From Amoebidium appalachense (Eukaryota > Protista > Ichthyosporea): a stretch of 64,000 bases of DNA. A program made the position numbers and the translations under genes. Under the pieces are notes generated by a model that saw only the letters and a list, made by a program, of their open reading frames with translations, made no database searches and was not told where the DNA came from. The stretch covers positions 5,942,708 through 6,006,707 of the forward strand of contig CAVNZM010000017.1 in assembly GCA_963693365.1 (NCBI GenBank). The letters are read 5' to 3'. Positions 25,890 to 38,289 of the stretch are shown piece by piece (positions within the stretch are counted from its first letter, which is position 1; each line of letters opens with the position of its first letter).

Positions 25890-28800
25890 GGGTTATGGGC
25901 CCCTCACGTAATGATTCCATCAAGTTCAAGGTCGACATCCCTCTCTTCACTGGCATTGATAATGATTCAGGCACGGACTACCACACATGGGCCGAAACCA
26001 TGTATGTCCAGCTTTCTGGTGCTGGTCTTCTCCACACCATCGCGCCCAGTACGGAGCACCCGGCTACCCGTGAACAGGTCGACACTGCCCGTTCCTACCT
26101 GTGGCAAGCACTCTCGGTTGACGTGCGTTGTATCCTAGGGTTAACACGCACCACCACACCTGCGGAGATATGGTCGGCCCTATCTGCCCACTACCTGGAG
26201 CAATCTGAGGCCAATCAGTACGACCTTATCGGGCTGTACATGAATTCTACGCCTGAACCTACGGACACCGCGACGAAATACGCCATGAAACTCCGCGGCT
26301 ACGTGCGGCGCCTGGCCGATTACGGCACACAAATTGGTGATGCTCAAGTGCTGACCAAGCTCACCAACGACCTCGGCAAGGTGCCTTACTACGAAATGCC
26401 TGTAATTGCCTACAAGATGACACCCAAGCCTACCGTGATGGGCCTCCTCCAACAGCTACGGGCATATGAGACCAGCCACCCACGTGCACGTGTGACTACC
26501 AGCTCCGGGCCGGCCGCCTTCACCACACGGGCTCCTCAACCTGTCATCTGCCACGGCTGCGGCAAACCAGGCCACATCAAGTCTCAGTGCCCCAAAGGCA
26601 ACGGCCAACACAGCAACTCTGGCAACAACCGTGCCAGCACCTACCCCAAGGGTTCCTGCGTCAACCACCCACTGTCTACCAGTCACACTACCGCCATGTG
26701 CAAGGGGGGCAACCGTGCCAACGGCCGCAAACCTAAGGGTGGTCCCCTCCCGCCTGGGTCCTGCATCAACCACCCTGCCTCTACTACCCACACTACGGCA
26801 CAGTGCAAGGGGGGGGCTGCCGCTCCCCGGGCTTTCCTCATGTCTAGCAACGACTGTGGCACCAACAAGGTGCTCCTCGACTCTGGAGCCACTGACCATG
26901 TGTGCCCCCGGCCCGATGTGTTCATCAACATGCGTGCGGCGCCTTACTCCACGGTCCAAGTAGCCGACAAGGGTGCATGTGCAGTGCTTGGGGTGGGCGA
27001 CGTGTTCTTTTCCAGCACCATCGACGGCGTTACTGCGGTGCATCAGCTGACGGATGTACTCTACGTGCCCTCCATCCCCGACACTCTCATCAGTGTGTTC
27101 ACGGCAACTACCAACGGTGTTTTACCCCGCTTTGACACCCGCGGCGGCGTTAAGTTGTGCTACGGCGATCAAATTCTGGCCACCGGCTCGGCTGTCGGCA
27201 CCAAGCTGTACCACATGGCGGTGTCTCTTCTGCGCGCGGACACAACCCCGGACGCCCAAACCACCACTGCTCCGCGTATCCTCAAGGTTACTGCCGACCT
27301 CAACACGTGGCACTACCGTCTGGGCCATGCTGGCATTGACGCTGTACGCTCGGTCATCAAGTCTGCAGGCCTGTTGGTGGGTGGCGGTGCCAAGTCTCCG
27401 GGTGTGTGTGAGCCCTGTGCCCTCGGCAAAGCCCACCGTGTTGCCTTCTCCGAATCAACTAGCCAAGCTCCCCGGGTCCTAGCCAAGGTTCACAGCGACA
27501 TCAGCGGCCCCTTCCCTCCCGCGATCGGTGGTGCTCAGTACTTGGCGACGTTCCACGACGAATTCACCGGCCACACCACGGCCGTGCCCCTCGTCAAGAA
27601 GTCGGACACACTGGCTGCATATGTGACGTACCACAAGGCGGCGGTTACCCAACACGGTGTTCCCATGCAGGTGTTTCAGTCCGACGGGGGGGCGAGTACA
27701 TGGGCACGGCCTTCGGGGACTACAACCGTGAGCATGGCATTCGCCATCAGATCACTACCACCGGCTCTCCTCAACAGAATGGGACTGCCGAACGACTGAA
27801 CCGGACCCTCCTCGACATGGTTCGGGCACTCCTGCAGCAGTCCGGCCTTCCGGTGGGATTCTGGGCCGAGGCAGCTGTGACCGCGGCTTTTATACGCAAC
27901 ATGCTCCCGTCGCGAGCCACCGGCAGCCAATCGTCTCCCGCCCTGCTGTGGACCGGCATTCCTCCCGACTACAGCCGGCTCCGTGTCTGGGGCTCTCCCT
28001 GCTACGTCCATCAACAGGATACACCGAAACTGGCGCCTCGTGCCGTCAAGGGCATCTTCGTGGGCTACCCTCCTAACATCAAGGGCTACAAGGTCTGGAT
28101 TCCAGCAGCACACAAGATGACCGTCAGCCGTGACGTGCAGTTCGACGAGGCTGCTATTCTGCACCCCCTCCGTGATGTCCCATCTGATTGGTCGACCGCA
28201 CCGGCAATTCATCATTTTTTGGAGTCATCTGATTCGTCAAATCAGCCAGCCAATCACATCGTCCGGAATGATCAGCAATCTGATTCGTCTCGTCTGTCAG
28301 CCAATGGGACAGCGCCGAGTGATCAATTGGACATTCCGATCCTGCCCGAGCCTGCACATCGGCTCCCCCGGACGACCCGTAGTGGCGCTGTGTACAACGA
28401 CCAACGTCGAGGCCCGACTGCCAACGTGGCTGCTGCTACGGCCCCCCTTGCCCCCCAGGCTACGGCTCCTGCATCAACACCCATCAAGGCTTCCACCATT
28501 GTTGTCCCCAAGACTGTCCGGGCTGCACTCAAGAGTCCCCAGCGTCTGAAATGGGAGGAGGCTGCACACCGTGAGCTCAAGGCCCTGGAAGACAACGGCA
28601 CCTTCACCCTTGTGCCCCGTCCAGAGGATGGCTCCACTGTCATTCCGGTCGGCTGGGTCTTTACGGTCAAGCAGGACAACGTCGGCAACGTCACTGCTTT
28701 CAAGGCCCGGCTTGTGGCCCGGGGCAACTACCAGCAGCCTGGCCAGGACTATTTCGTCACCGAGTCACCTGTGGCTGCGCTGGCTACCATCCGGCTGGTT

Positions 28801-30051
28801 TTGGCTACCTCCGTGGCCCAAGGTCTGCCTCTGCGCCACATCGACGTCAACACAGCATTCCTCAACGGCACCGTCAACGAGACCATCTACATTGAGCAGC
28901 CCCCTGGCTTCGTCAACCCCTCGGCCCCCCATGCTGTCGGCTTGCTCCACAAGGCGCTCTACGGCCTAAAACAGGCACCGCGCCAGTGGTATGAGGCCCT
29001 CCGTGACCATCTCCTCGACCAAGGCTTCATTGTGAGTGCTGCTGACCCGTGCCTGTTCATCAAGAATGCCGGGACCCCAACGTTTATTGCCCTTGCTGCC
29101 TACGTGGATGACTTCACCGTGACGGCCGCCACTGATGCGCTCATCGACGATTTTTTCACCAAGCTGGATGCTCGTTTCTCTGCCAAGGACCTGGGTCGTC
29201 CTACCCTGCTCATCGGGCACACTCTTACCTGGCTGGAGGACGGGTCTCTGCGTCTGGGCCATCGTCAACACATCATCGACTTGGCTGCCCGTTTTCGTCT
29301 CACCCACATGTCCGGCACCAAGACCCCCATCGTCCCGGGCCAGGCCAGTGAAAGCAACAAGACCCCAGCCTACAGCAAGAAGGAGGACTATGCCAGCCTG
29401 GTCGGTGCCCTGCTGTGGATTGCGCGTACCACCCGCCCCGACATTTCCCAGGCTCTGGGAGTCCTTACTCGACACATTCATGCGCCCACCGTCACCCACT
29501 GGACTATGGCTACCAGAGTTGTAAGCTACCTGCTGGCCACCATCGACCTGGGTATTGTCTACCGTCCCGGCCCCCCCAACCTTGTTGGCTACTCCGACTC
29601 CGACTACGCCGAGGACCGCGACACCCGGCGCTCCACCACGGGCTATGTCTTCTTCATCAACTCCTCCCCTGTGTCCTGGGTGTCTCGGCTCCAGTCCATC
29701 ACCACCCACAGCTCCACTGAGGCTGAATTTGTGGCCATGTCTGCTGCTACGAACGAGGCCCTATGGCTCAACTATGTGATGGACGACCTGGGCCTTAATC
29801 CTATCAATGAGCCCACCCCGGTGCCCATCCATGGGGACAATGAGTCTGCCCGGGCCCTGCTGGACACCCTGGGGGTTAAGCCCAAGACCAAGCACATCGA
29901 CGTCCGCTACTGCTCCGTCAAGGAACATCACCTGCTGGGCAACATCACTGTGGTCCCGGTGGCTTCTGCTGACAACAAGGCCGACATGTTCACCAAGGCC
30001 CTGTCTGCCTCTTTCTTCACCAAGGCCGTGGGGATGCTCAACATGTGCTGA
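25754..30051 (+). CDS. Copia Gag-Pol polyprotein, with a single frameshift in the G7 run at 27686-27692
   Basis: Zinc knuckle CHGCGKPGHIKSQC; protease LLDSGATDH; WHYRLGH..CEPC; integrase VHSDISGP, SDGG(GEY), QQNGTAERLNRTL; RT KARLVARG, LYGLKQAPR, YVDD; RNase H GYSDSDYA, SSTEAE, ADMFTK. Confidence 0.93.
25891..25902 (+). promoter_or_regulatory. Primer-binding site GGTTATGGGCCC (half-tRNAiMet type)
   Basis: Directly follows the 5' LTR and matches the Drosophila copia-type PBS, which is complementary to the anticodon region of initiator tRNA-Met. Confidence 0.85.
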
Positions 30052-30237
30052 GCACCCGTCATCAACCAACTGCGCCCTCATACTTCAGGGGGGGGGAGAG
30101 AGTTGCATCCGACTGTGCAACTACGTGTACCATACTAAAATTGAGTAGGGGAATCTTTATTGTCTGTATTTTGTGCACCTGAAGCACTCGAGCTCAGTTG
30201 CATTAATTCATACCACAATTATCCAATTGAGTAGGGG

Positions 30238-31003
30238 TGTTGGAGTACACTGGTACTCCCGGCTAGCAATGTCTGTTAGAGAAAGTTTCTGAGCAATTGA
30301 ATAACTGTTTCAACACTCACTCGAGTGCATAGAGCTTTTGTTTACGGTCATATTCATATATGGTAGTTATATGTTTGAGCCAAAACTGTACCAATGACGA
30401 GCTTCACTAGCAACGTGCTAATTGTGCTCTCTTTTCGGCTATTCCCGGTTCAGATGATGTCATGTCTATATTTGCCACAGGATTCTATTCTTAGAGTGGT
30501 AGTGTGCTTTATTCCCGGATATTCTCAGAATATTTTTAGTTGTGTGAAGCAAGATTTACGTTTAACTGCAATTGGTGTGTTAAACACGTTTATTTGTGTG
30601 CTTTAGTGCAAGTTAACTAGCCACTCAACGTGCACAGTTAACTTTTATATCTTTAACGACTTGTTTTCATTGTGCTCTCTTTTCGGCCATGCTGTACATG
30701 GCCCACCACCAGGGTGCACACGAGGCCACCATGAGGTGGCCAACGACTATATAAAGCAGTGCCTCCCATGTCACAAACATGGGAAGCAGAACGTTTGATT
30801 TACACTTTTCTACTGTCGTTTCCAGTGCACAAAACACATAGACTAGTTACCCATCATACACGACACTATGTCTGACAACTTACAGTTGCAGCAACTAGTC
30901 CAACTACTGGAGCAGAGGTTGGCCTCACAAGATGCAATCATTTCTGACTTACAGAAGGAACAACGTGCACTAGAACTAGCTTCTATGAACACAATGTCCA
31001 ACA
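30238..31003 (+). repeat. 3' LTR
   Basis: Preceded by the polypurine tract GAGTAGGGG and followed by a C-run. Confidence 0.95.
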
Positions 31004-31870
31004 CCCCCCCCCCCCCCCCCCCCCTCCTTCAAACCCACCGGCGGCGCGCCGCCGCCGCGCCGCCCATACACGCACAACCACACACAAAAAAAGACTGGCA
31101 CCTGGGCTTTGTAACTTTTCAAAACAATTATTGGCCCGGTCTAACATCAATACAATGCCCACACCTTCAATTCGCACACACAAACCGATCCTTACACTTT
31201 TTCGAGATCCGGTTCCTAGGCCGGTGTTTCAATTCCCCAGTGAATGTTTTTTTTCGCCTCCTCCCCTCTTCGCCAAAGCACACACAGATCTATGTGCTGT
31301 CTGCTCACAGAAAGCACACTTGTCTTCGTCGATCTGAAATTGGGCTCATGTTTCACGACGTACAGATCCTAAGTCTGGGAACTTTTTGTGCATGTATATA
31401 GCTGCCAGTCGAGCACACATTCTTTCAGGGAGTTTCTCCTTTTTATAGAGGCACACGTGACCCCCACGGGGTAGAAAAGCCAGAGATCCAATGTTCATTG
31501 GAACTTGCATGCCTTCTAGTTCAGTTCAATGCAACTCTCATCACTTAGTTACACAACGAACCTTACAGGACCACAGGCCTGCTTTCTGCGTACTATACAC
31601 TTCAACTTGACAATCAGCTTTTTACGTCACAGTCATTCATTTGTCATACATAGCATTCTTCTATTCGTTCATCTCCACAGCACCTAAACAGCCACATACT
31701 ATTAACCTGTTTCCGCAATCATTCATACAAAGCTGTCTGCCCAGGCAGACAGAAATCGATCACATTCACATCCTCACGCCTTCCCTCGCGCCTTCTCCCG
31801 TTCATACAGTGTATCTTAAAACTTAAATGCATGCTATTCCCAAGCACCTATGCCTTATTTTCCCATGCAC

Positions 31871-32542
31871 CTATGCCTTATTCTTTATTAGACCAAGTGA
31901 CGGAAACTTTAAAAACCTGGAAATTGGGCCATTCCCGGATTTGGTTCCCCGGTGTCTGGTCCTTCCAAACAGCTCTTCCGTTGGTTTGCATGTTGGTGAA
32001 AGTCTATGAGCAGTCCACAAACCAACTGCAAATTCCATGTTCTCCTTTAGGAACCGAAGATATGGTTTTGTTTCCAGAAAATAATACACCTCCCGTGCTG
32101 CGAGATCATAAATGGCGCGCTTGTCCTCCGTTAAGGATGATTGGAAGAGGACATCCTCTTTCTGTGCGGGCGTCAGGTTGATGTTTCGTGTTGCATCTTC
32201 GACTAGGTAAGTTTCGTTAATGAACTCGGCGAGAAAACGCGTAGGGGTGACCCTGTATGCAAGGATCATAAGGAGAAAATCGAGATTATCTTGGAGCCCA
32301 TCTGCCTTCAGAAAGGTTTGAAATTTGTCTCGACCCCCCCTTAGAGCTAGGAGATCTTTTAGCAAAGGGCAACCAGGTGGAACCGGCGACTTTTCGACGG
32401 GGGGTCTTTCTGGGAAAGTGTGAAAATTGATGAAGCTCCCAGCAGCATCATTGGCCATGGTGGATCGGTTGTTTCCCGAGCTCCGTCGGCCTGGAAAACC
32501 ATATGTACGTATGTCCGGAAGAGTAACAGAACGAACACGCAT
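31871..32542 (-). CDS. RGS (regulator of G-protein signalling) domain protein, single exon, 223 aa
   Basis: LKDLL...GRDKFQTFLKADGLQDNLDFL...INETYLVEDATRNINL...IYDLAAREVYYFLETKPYLRFL follows the RGS pattern (F-x2-FL, (E/D)N-x2-F, I-x3-Y, (E/N)INL, Y-x-RF). Confidence 0.8.
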   Translation of the reverse strand: MRVRSVTLPDIRTYGFPGRRSSGNNRSTMANDAAGSFINFHTFPERPPVEKSPVPPGCPLLKDLLALRGGRDKFQTFLKADGLQDNLDFLLMILAYRVTPTRFLAEFINETYLVEDATRNINLTPAQKEDVLFQSSLTEDKRAIYDLAAREVYYFLETKPYLRFLKENMEFAVGLWTAHRLSPTCKPTEELFGRTRHRGTKSGNGPISRFLKFPSLGLIKNKA

Positions 32543-33324
32543 TGTTAAGATGCAGTATAGGGATTGCTTTTTAGCTTTGTTACCCTGGTAGATCTATGGA
32601 GGACTGTGAATTCGTACGGTGCGCTTGGGCTACTCTACTGACTTGGTAGCTCGTATTTGTGGAGGTGCGTGGTTTGGTTTCAGAGGAAATAGTTCGAAGC
32701 TCAAAAAAATGCTTGCTAGGATGAGTCGTTCCGAAGCCCTCAACGTGCTGAGCTCAGTTGTGCAAGTGTTAACTATTAACTACTAAAGGCATCCAATTCA
32801 CGTTTCGTTGCCTGGTTGTCTGTCACTGACTGGACTACTAAACGAGGCAATTGAAGGACAAAATTCGAGTGTGCACCATACAGCCGAAAACTGAAACTGC
32901 TTGTACGGCCCCGGCCCGGCCCAGCCCTCCGGGGCCGGCCTTATACACCGCGTCATTGTAGTGAAAAAGGAAGATTCTGATTGAAGAATAGAAAGAAAAA
33001 TTATGAAAAGAAAACAAAGAAGAAAAGAAAAAAAAGGGGGAATATAGGAAAGTACTGATAATGAAAACCGAAAAAAAACGTAGTGTACAGGGTATGCAAA
33101 TATGGCATGACGACCCTAAATATATATATCGTGTATGACCTGACCTTATTCACAATGGGCGGTATACCCATGACCATTTCCAGGGGGGGGCGTTATTTTC
33201 ATACTGAGGCTGCCGCGCGCTTGAGTCGATGAAACTGAAATTTTCAGAAATAATATTTTGAGATAGTAATCGTAACAACATATATTTATCTTCTAAGAAA
33301 ACATTTCTCCGTTGAATAGATCCA

Positions 33325-33355
<31 letters not shown>

Positions 33356-33488
33356 TGGGATGGGCAAGTAGCCTGGCTGACCGTTTCAGCGGCAGAGGCT
33401 GAGCGTGATATTTGGATCTTTGAACTGGAACAAAAGGTATTTTTGGGATACCTATGGAAAACTTATAACTGTAGTTGTGAGATAGGTG

Positions 33489-33533
33489 TACACACTTGGG
33501 GCCGCCGGGCTGCCCGGCGGCCCCAAGTGTGTA
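33489..33533. repeat. Perfect 22-bp inverted repeat with 1-nt spacer
   Basis: TACACACTTGGGGCCGCCGGGC-T-GCCCGGCGGCCCCAAGTGTGTA. Confidence 0.95.
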
Positions 33534-35313
33534 AATCACTGCAGTTTAGCAAACCGCGGCACTGAAGGCTACCACCTACTGAGGCGGTCTCTCCTTTTTC
33601 CTTTTCTTTCTTTCTTTTTTTTTTTTTTTTTTTTTCTCCGCCACAATTTTAAAGTAGATAGACGTATAACGTCGCACGTGCGGCAACACGTAGTGACGTG
33701 TTGCGGCACTGACTGAGGCACCGCCGAGTACAAAAAAATGTAGCTCAGCAGCGCGTGCGGGCAATGCAAAATATACTACTGGTAGCATTGTGCACAATGT
33801 GCAGTAACGTGGCAAGTGTTTTTGTTATTCGGAAAAATGGAATATTGGGTTCTAAACTCATAGATCCCCCTAGGCCTACTAGTTGCGCGGTATCTGCAGG
33901 TATAAATCTGCTAATATTAATCCAGTGACATGATGCGGCATGGGTAACTGTGTGTGTAGGCCCATGTATTCCTTTGCATTTTATAGGACTTAGAGCTTGT
34001 CAAACTCTTCAGTGGGTATTTGTAATACAATGTACATGTACAACACACACGTCTCACGTTCAATCTACCTGGTCCTTCCTCTCGCTATCTCACTCACTCT
34101 TTCTTTTCTCTTCCTGTTTTTTCTGCCTTTTCGAGTTATTATCATACGCTGCAGTATAAGTTTCTTTCTCGCTCTGAGAAAGAGATTCATGGTAAAACTC
34201 AGTCTGCATGTGTTATGTTCCTTAGGCAACACCGTACTGATCGTTATCACTCTTTGGGAGCTTTGGCAGGATACATTTCTCCTCACTGCCTGCTGTACAT
34301 ATGGATACCACCCTAGTAGATAAGTCTATATATGGTGCTCGGATGTTGCAATTGATATTGCATGGCCATGGGAAGTTGTGCAGTGGCGTTGTAATTCTTG
34401 TTTTCATCGCCGTTGGTGCCATTTTTTGTGCTGAACTTTTTAATCGAAAACATATTGATAGGTGTGAGCTCGAGTTTTTACGTCGTGTTTTGCCGACATC
34501 TTTCCCTACGGGTGTCTGCTACACTGGCTGGCAATGTGAACACTATAGACTTTTTGTTGTATTCTGTTGGCCGTCACATTGAGTATTGAGAATATTCACA
34601 CAGTGTTCAGGTATCTCAGTATGCACTTGTTACTGGATAACTCGTGAAGTCTTTATTGCCTCCTAAGTATGCCGTGCATACTTGCATATCTTTCCGTTGA
34701 ATAAATTCAGTCAAAAGAAAAGAAAAAAAAATCACGATCAATTAAGCGGAAATCATGAAAGGATTCCGAGAACAGCTGCAGGGCCCGCAGAATTCTAGAA
34801 TCCACTGTGTTGGTATGTATTGAATTGTTATGCCAGGGTTACAAATGTTTTGGAATTCCCATGCATTGTCCGAATCGCTCTGTATTACAGCTCTCATAAA
34901 GAGCAGTAATTTTCGTTGGAAGAAAAGATCTGCTCTTCAAATATGAAAAAAGTCGCTACCTGGCCTTACAAAGCAGTGAAAGCACTGAGTTTACGGGGGA
35001 CAGAGTCACAGAGACCGGAGCAGGACCGGGCAACAAATCTGTGGAATGTGACTCCGTGAGCGAGTGATAAAATAAATACATCTGATTGATGGAAAGTTTC
35101 AAACAAATTTGGAACTAAAAGCGGAAAGTCCAGTAACTTCTGATTGGGTTTTTTTTATATGAAGGAAATTGCAAGGATGGCGTTCACAGAGCTTGGCGCG
35201 TTTTGATTAGAGAAGCCCGGGTTATCAGATGAGTGCGATTGGTACACACTGCATGCCTGAGCCTATAAACAACTTTTTATCAGCTAATCATGACTGAGCG
35301 GCGGCCCTCCTCG

Positions 35314-37184
35314 CAGGGTTCGAAGGACGGTGGAGTCCATTAACGGAAGTCGAAATCCCGTTTCGGAAAACCTCTTCGAAAATCGGAATGCTCGGTCAAA
35401 GCAGGCCCACCAAAAATCGTAATCGTCGCGCATCAGTAAACTAGGGCATGCTTATTTGTGCCTATATTGCATCAAAATGTAATTATAATGCATACTCAAA
35501 AACCCCTGTGGTTATTAGAGGCCTTCCTGGTGTTGGCAGTTGAAGCTCTGAAGGAATAAAAGGGAAATATGAAGTGCATTAATGCACAATATATCATATA
35601 CATTTTGTCTACGTATATACGTACGGTCACGTCCTCTTACACATATGTGCGGCAGTGCCAATGTATATGAGGATATATACTATGTGTGCATATGTATCTA
35701 GTTCCTGTGTGTGTCACTGTGTCCGTGGCCTTATTTTTTCCCAGTGCACGCATTTTCTTTTATTTGAAGCTCGAAGAACCGTATTTTGGTCGCAATACCA
35801 CGTACGGAACGGAGGGGGGTGCCAGCCTTATGACGTTTTGCAAGGCTACCATTTGAATTGCCAAAACAAAGTAGTGTACAAAGAACACCCGATGCACATA
35901 CCTCCCATGCAAACGATGCAGGATGTTTACTCGGTTGTCGCGGATCACATGTACAAATACGTGCAAGCACTCATTGATAACTTGCAAAACCGATTCCCCT
36001 CGGACGAGTGCACTGAGGCTATGGACGTGTTTGTTCCATCGAAGTTCCCCATTACCAAAAGCAGTCTCGAAGCATACGGAAACGACAAGATTAGAGTGCT
36101 CGCTGAGTTCTATGGGTCTGTTAAAACAATGGGCGGAACGAATTATATACCCCCACTTGCCGCCGAAGATGTGATAGATCAGTGGCCACGTGCCAAAGAA
36201 ATTATCTTTGAGCACCACCGGCGTCTCCTTGAGGTTAAAGTAGAAAATGTACCTGTTGGATATAGGTCTCTGAACGAGGCATGGGCCGATCTCTGTAAGA
36301 TAGAAACTTTTCATATATATTGTGCTGCTGTACTTGAGTTGGTTAACATTGTCAGAATAATCCCAATTAGTAATGCAACAAGTGAACGTGGCTTCTCTGC
36401 TGGTGTGAATATCATTAATAAGACTTCTCTCAAAGCACGTATGACAACACAGACAGTGCACAATCAGCTCATGATAGCCATGAATGGGCCGGATATAGAG
36501 GCAGATGTGAAGCACGTGAAAGCTGAGCTTAAGATTCAGAAAGAAATGGCTTAGAAATTAGTTAAAGAGGGCAAACTGAAAGGGTTGACTGTAGAAGGGG
36601 CCAAGGAGCAGCTGGAAAAGGCCCAGGTGGCTGTCCGAGGCAGCAGCCCAAAAGAAGGCTCTGGCAGATTTCCTGGCTTTTGACTGGAACAGGGTGCACA
36701 ATGTGTATATTGCCAACCCTTTCAAATAAATTGGATCTCTGACAACACACCAGCACCCAGTAACCGTCAACTAGTGTCCCTTGTTTTTATTTAAAAATTC
36801 TGGGGGAGGGGGAGGGGAGGGAGGGGAGGGGGGGGGGGGGGGGGGAGGGGGGAGTGAGTTGAGGCAGCAACATGGGAAGCTCAGGCAGAAATCGAATGTT
36901 TGGGGGGGTGAGAGGGGGGGGGGGGGGGGGGGGGGGGAAATCACGTTGGGTGGTTGTGTTTGTGTTTGTGTGTGTGTGAGTATTTTTCTTTGAAATTGTG
37001 TGTGCGTGTGTGGTGTGTATGTATGCAGGGTGTGCGTGTCTGTGTATGTGTGTGTATATGCCAGTGTGGGTGTGTGTGTTTGTACCAACGGTTTCTTGTG
37101 TGTGTGTATGTGTTTGTGTGTGTGTGTGTGTACGTGCCACGGGGTGTGTGTGCGTGCGCCGTTTACATGGTGTGTGTGCAGTGT

Positions 37185-37235
<51 letters not shown>

Positions 37236-37854
37236 GTGTGTGTGTGGGTGGGTGGACGTGCATAGCATGTGATTGTACAGGGTGGATGCATGTGCACGTT
37301 TGTAATACAGTTATCATGAGATAGTATGTGCTTGTGCACGTGTACTAGCCTAGGTCACATGTGTGGTGTCACGGCTGTGTATGTATGTGCATGTGTGTCT
37401 TTGAACGGAACACAGTGGTGCACAGTGTGTGTATTGCCAGCCATTTAAGACGCGTGCCACTGATCGTGATACACGTGGCACCTGCACCTGGTGGCCGTCG
37501 ACTCTGAGCATCTAGATCCATTCCATGTTTAGGCCTTCCTGGGGGGGAAGGGGGGGGGGGGGGGGGGCGAGGGAGGTACTAGACATGGGGGGGGGGGGGG
37601 GAGGGGGGGGGGGGGGATCCGCCTGAGAGGGGGGGTGGGGGGGGGGGGGGGAGGGGTGAGGCTGGAGCGGCGGTGGGGGGAGAAGGAGGGGCAGCACTGG
37701 TGGAGGGAACGGTGGGCAGCGGAGGAGGGGGGAATGGGGTTCGATTTCTGGGGGGGGGAAGTTTTGAAATGGAGGCTATATATACATGCGCAGGCATATG
37801 CATTGTATGTTCATGTGGCCATGCATGGCTATGATGCATATGTGGTGTCACGGC

Positions 37855-37892
<38 letters not shown>

Positions 37893-38072
37893 GGTGTGTG
37901 CATACATGTGTTTGGTGTGACAACATGTACATGTGCTAGGCTGGCGCTGTAGTCAGGGTCCTCCATTGAACATTCTACAGGGACAGGGAGACACGTACGT
38001 ACGTGTGCAGCTTGTGTGGGTGGTTTATGCCCCGTGTATGATGAGACCTGCGAAGTCATGAGAAGCTTTCCC

Positions 38073-38119
<47 letters not shown>

Positions 38120-38162
38120 ATGGCGGTTTTTTTGTATAGAAATTGAAATGGGTGGGTGCTAG

Positions 38163-38197
<35 letters not shown>

Positions 38198-38289
38198 CTC
38201 TCGGGCGTTCCGATTCGGCCGGGACGATTTTCGGAACTGTGTTTTCAAATATCGGAAATTCCGATTTTTTTTCGTAACTTCGAACCCTG
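35314..38289 (+). mobile_element. Internally deleted hAT DNA transposon
   Basis: TIRs CAGGGTTCGAAG / CTTCGAACCCTG and an exact 8-bp TSD CCTCCTCG (35306-13, 38290-97). Subterminal CGGAA/TTCCG motifs are present, as is a transposase remnant. Confidence 0.92.
35655..36554 (+). pseudogene. C-terminal half of a hAT (ZNF862-like) transposase with dimerisation domain
   Basis: LIDNLQNRFP, IPISNATSERGFS and KTSLKARM...LMIAMNGP motifs. There is no room for the N-terminal/catalytic part between the TIR and the ORF. Confidence 0.82.

Larger units (their letters stand above)
25124..31003 (+). mobile_element. Full-length Ty1/Copia LTR retrotransposon
   Basis: Two 766-bp LTRs (25124-25889, 30238-31003) with TGTTGGA...TCCAACA ends. 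Has a PBS, a PPT and gag-PR-IN-RT-RH domain order. The TSD is CCCCC, within a C-run. Confidence 0.97.

Noticed and set aside
27686-27692. Programmed gag/pol frameshift
   Set aside because: It falls inside the integrase core (SDGGGEY) in a homopolymer, so a mutation or sequencing error is more likely.
26180-30081. Antisense and alternative-frame ORFs over the Copia pol region (also over the YR element)
   Set aside because: Shadow ORFs caused by GC-rich codon usage.
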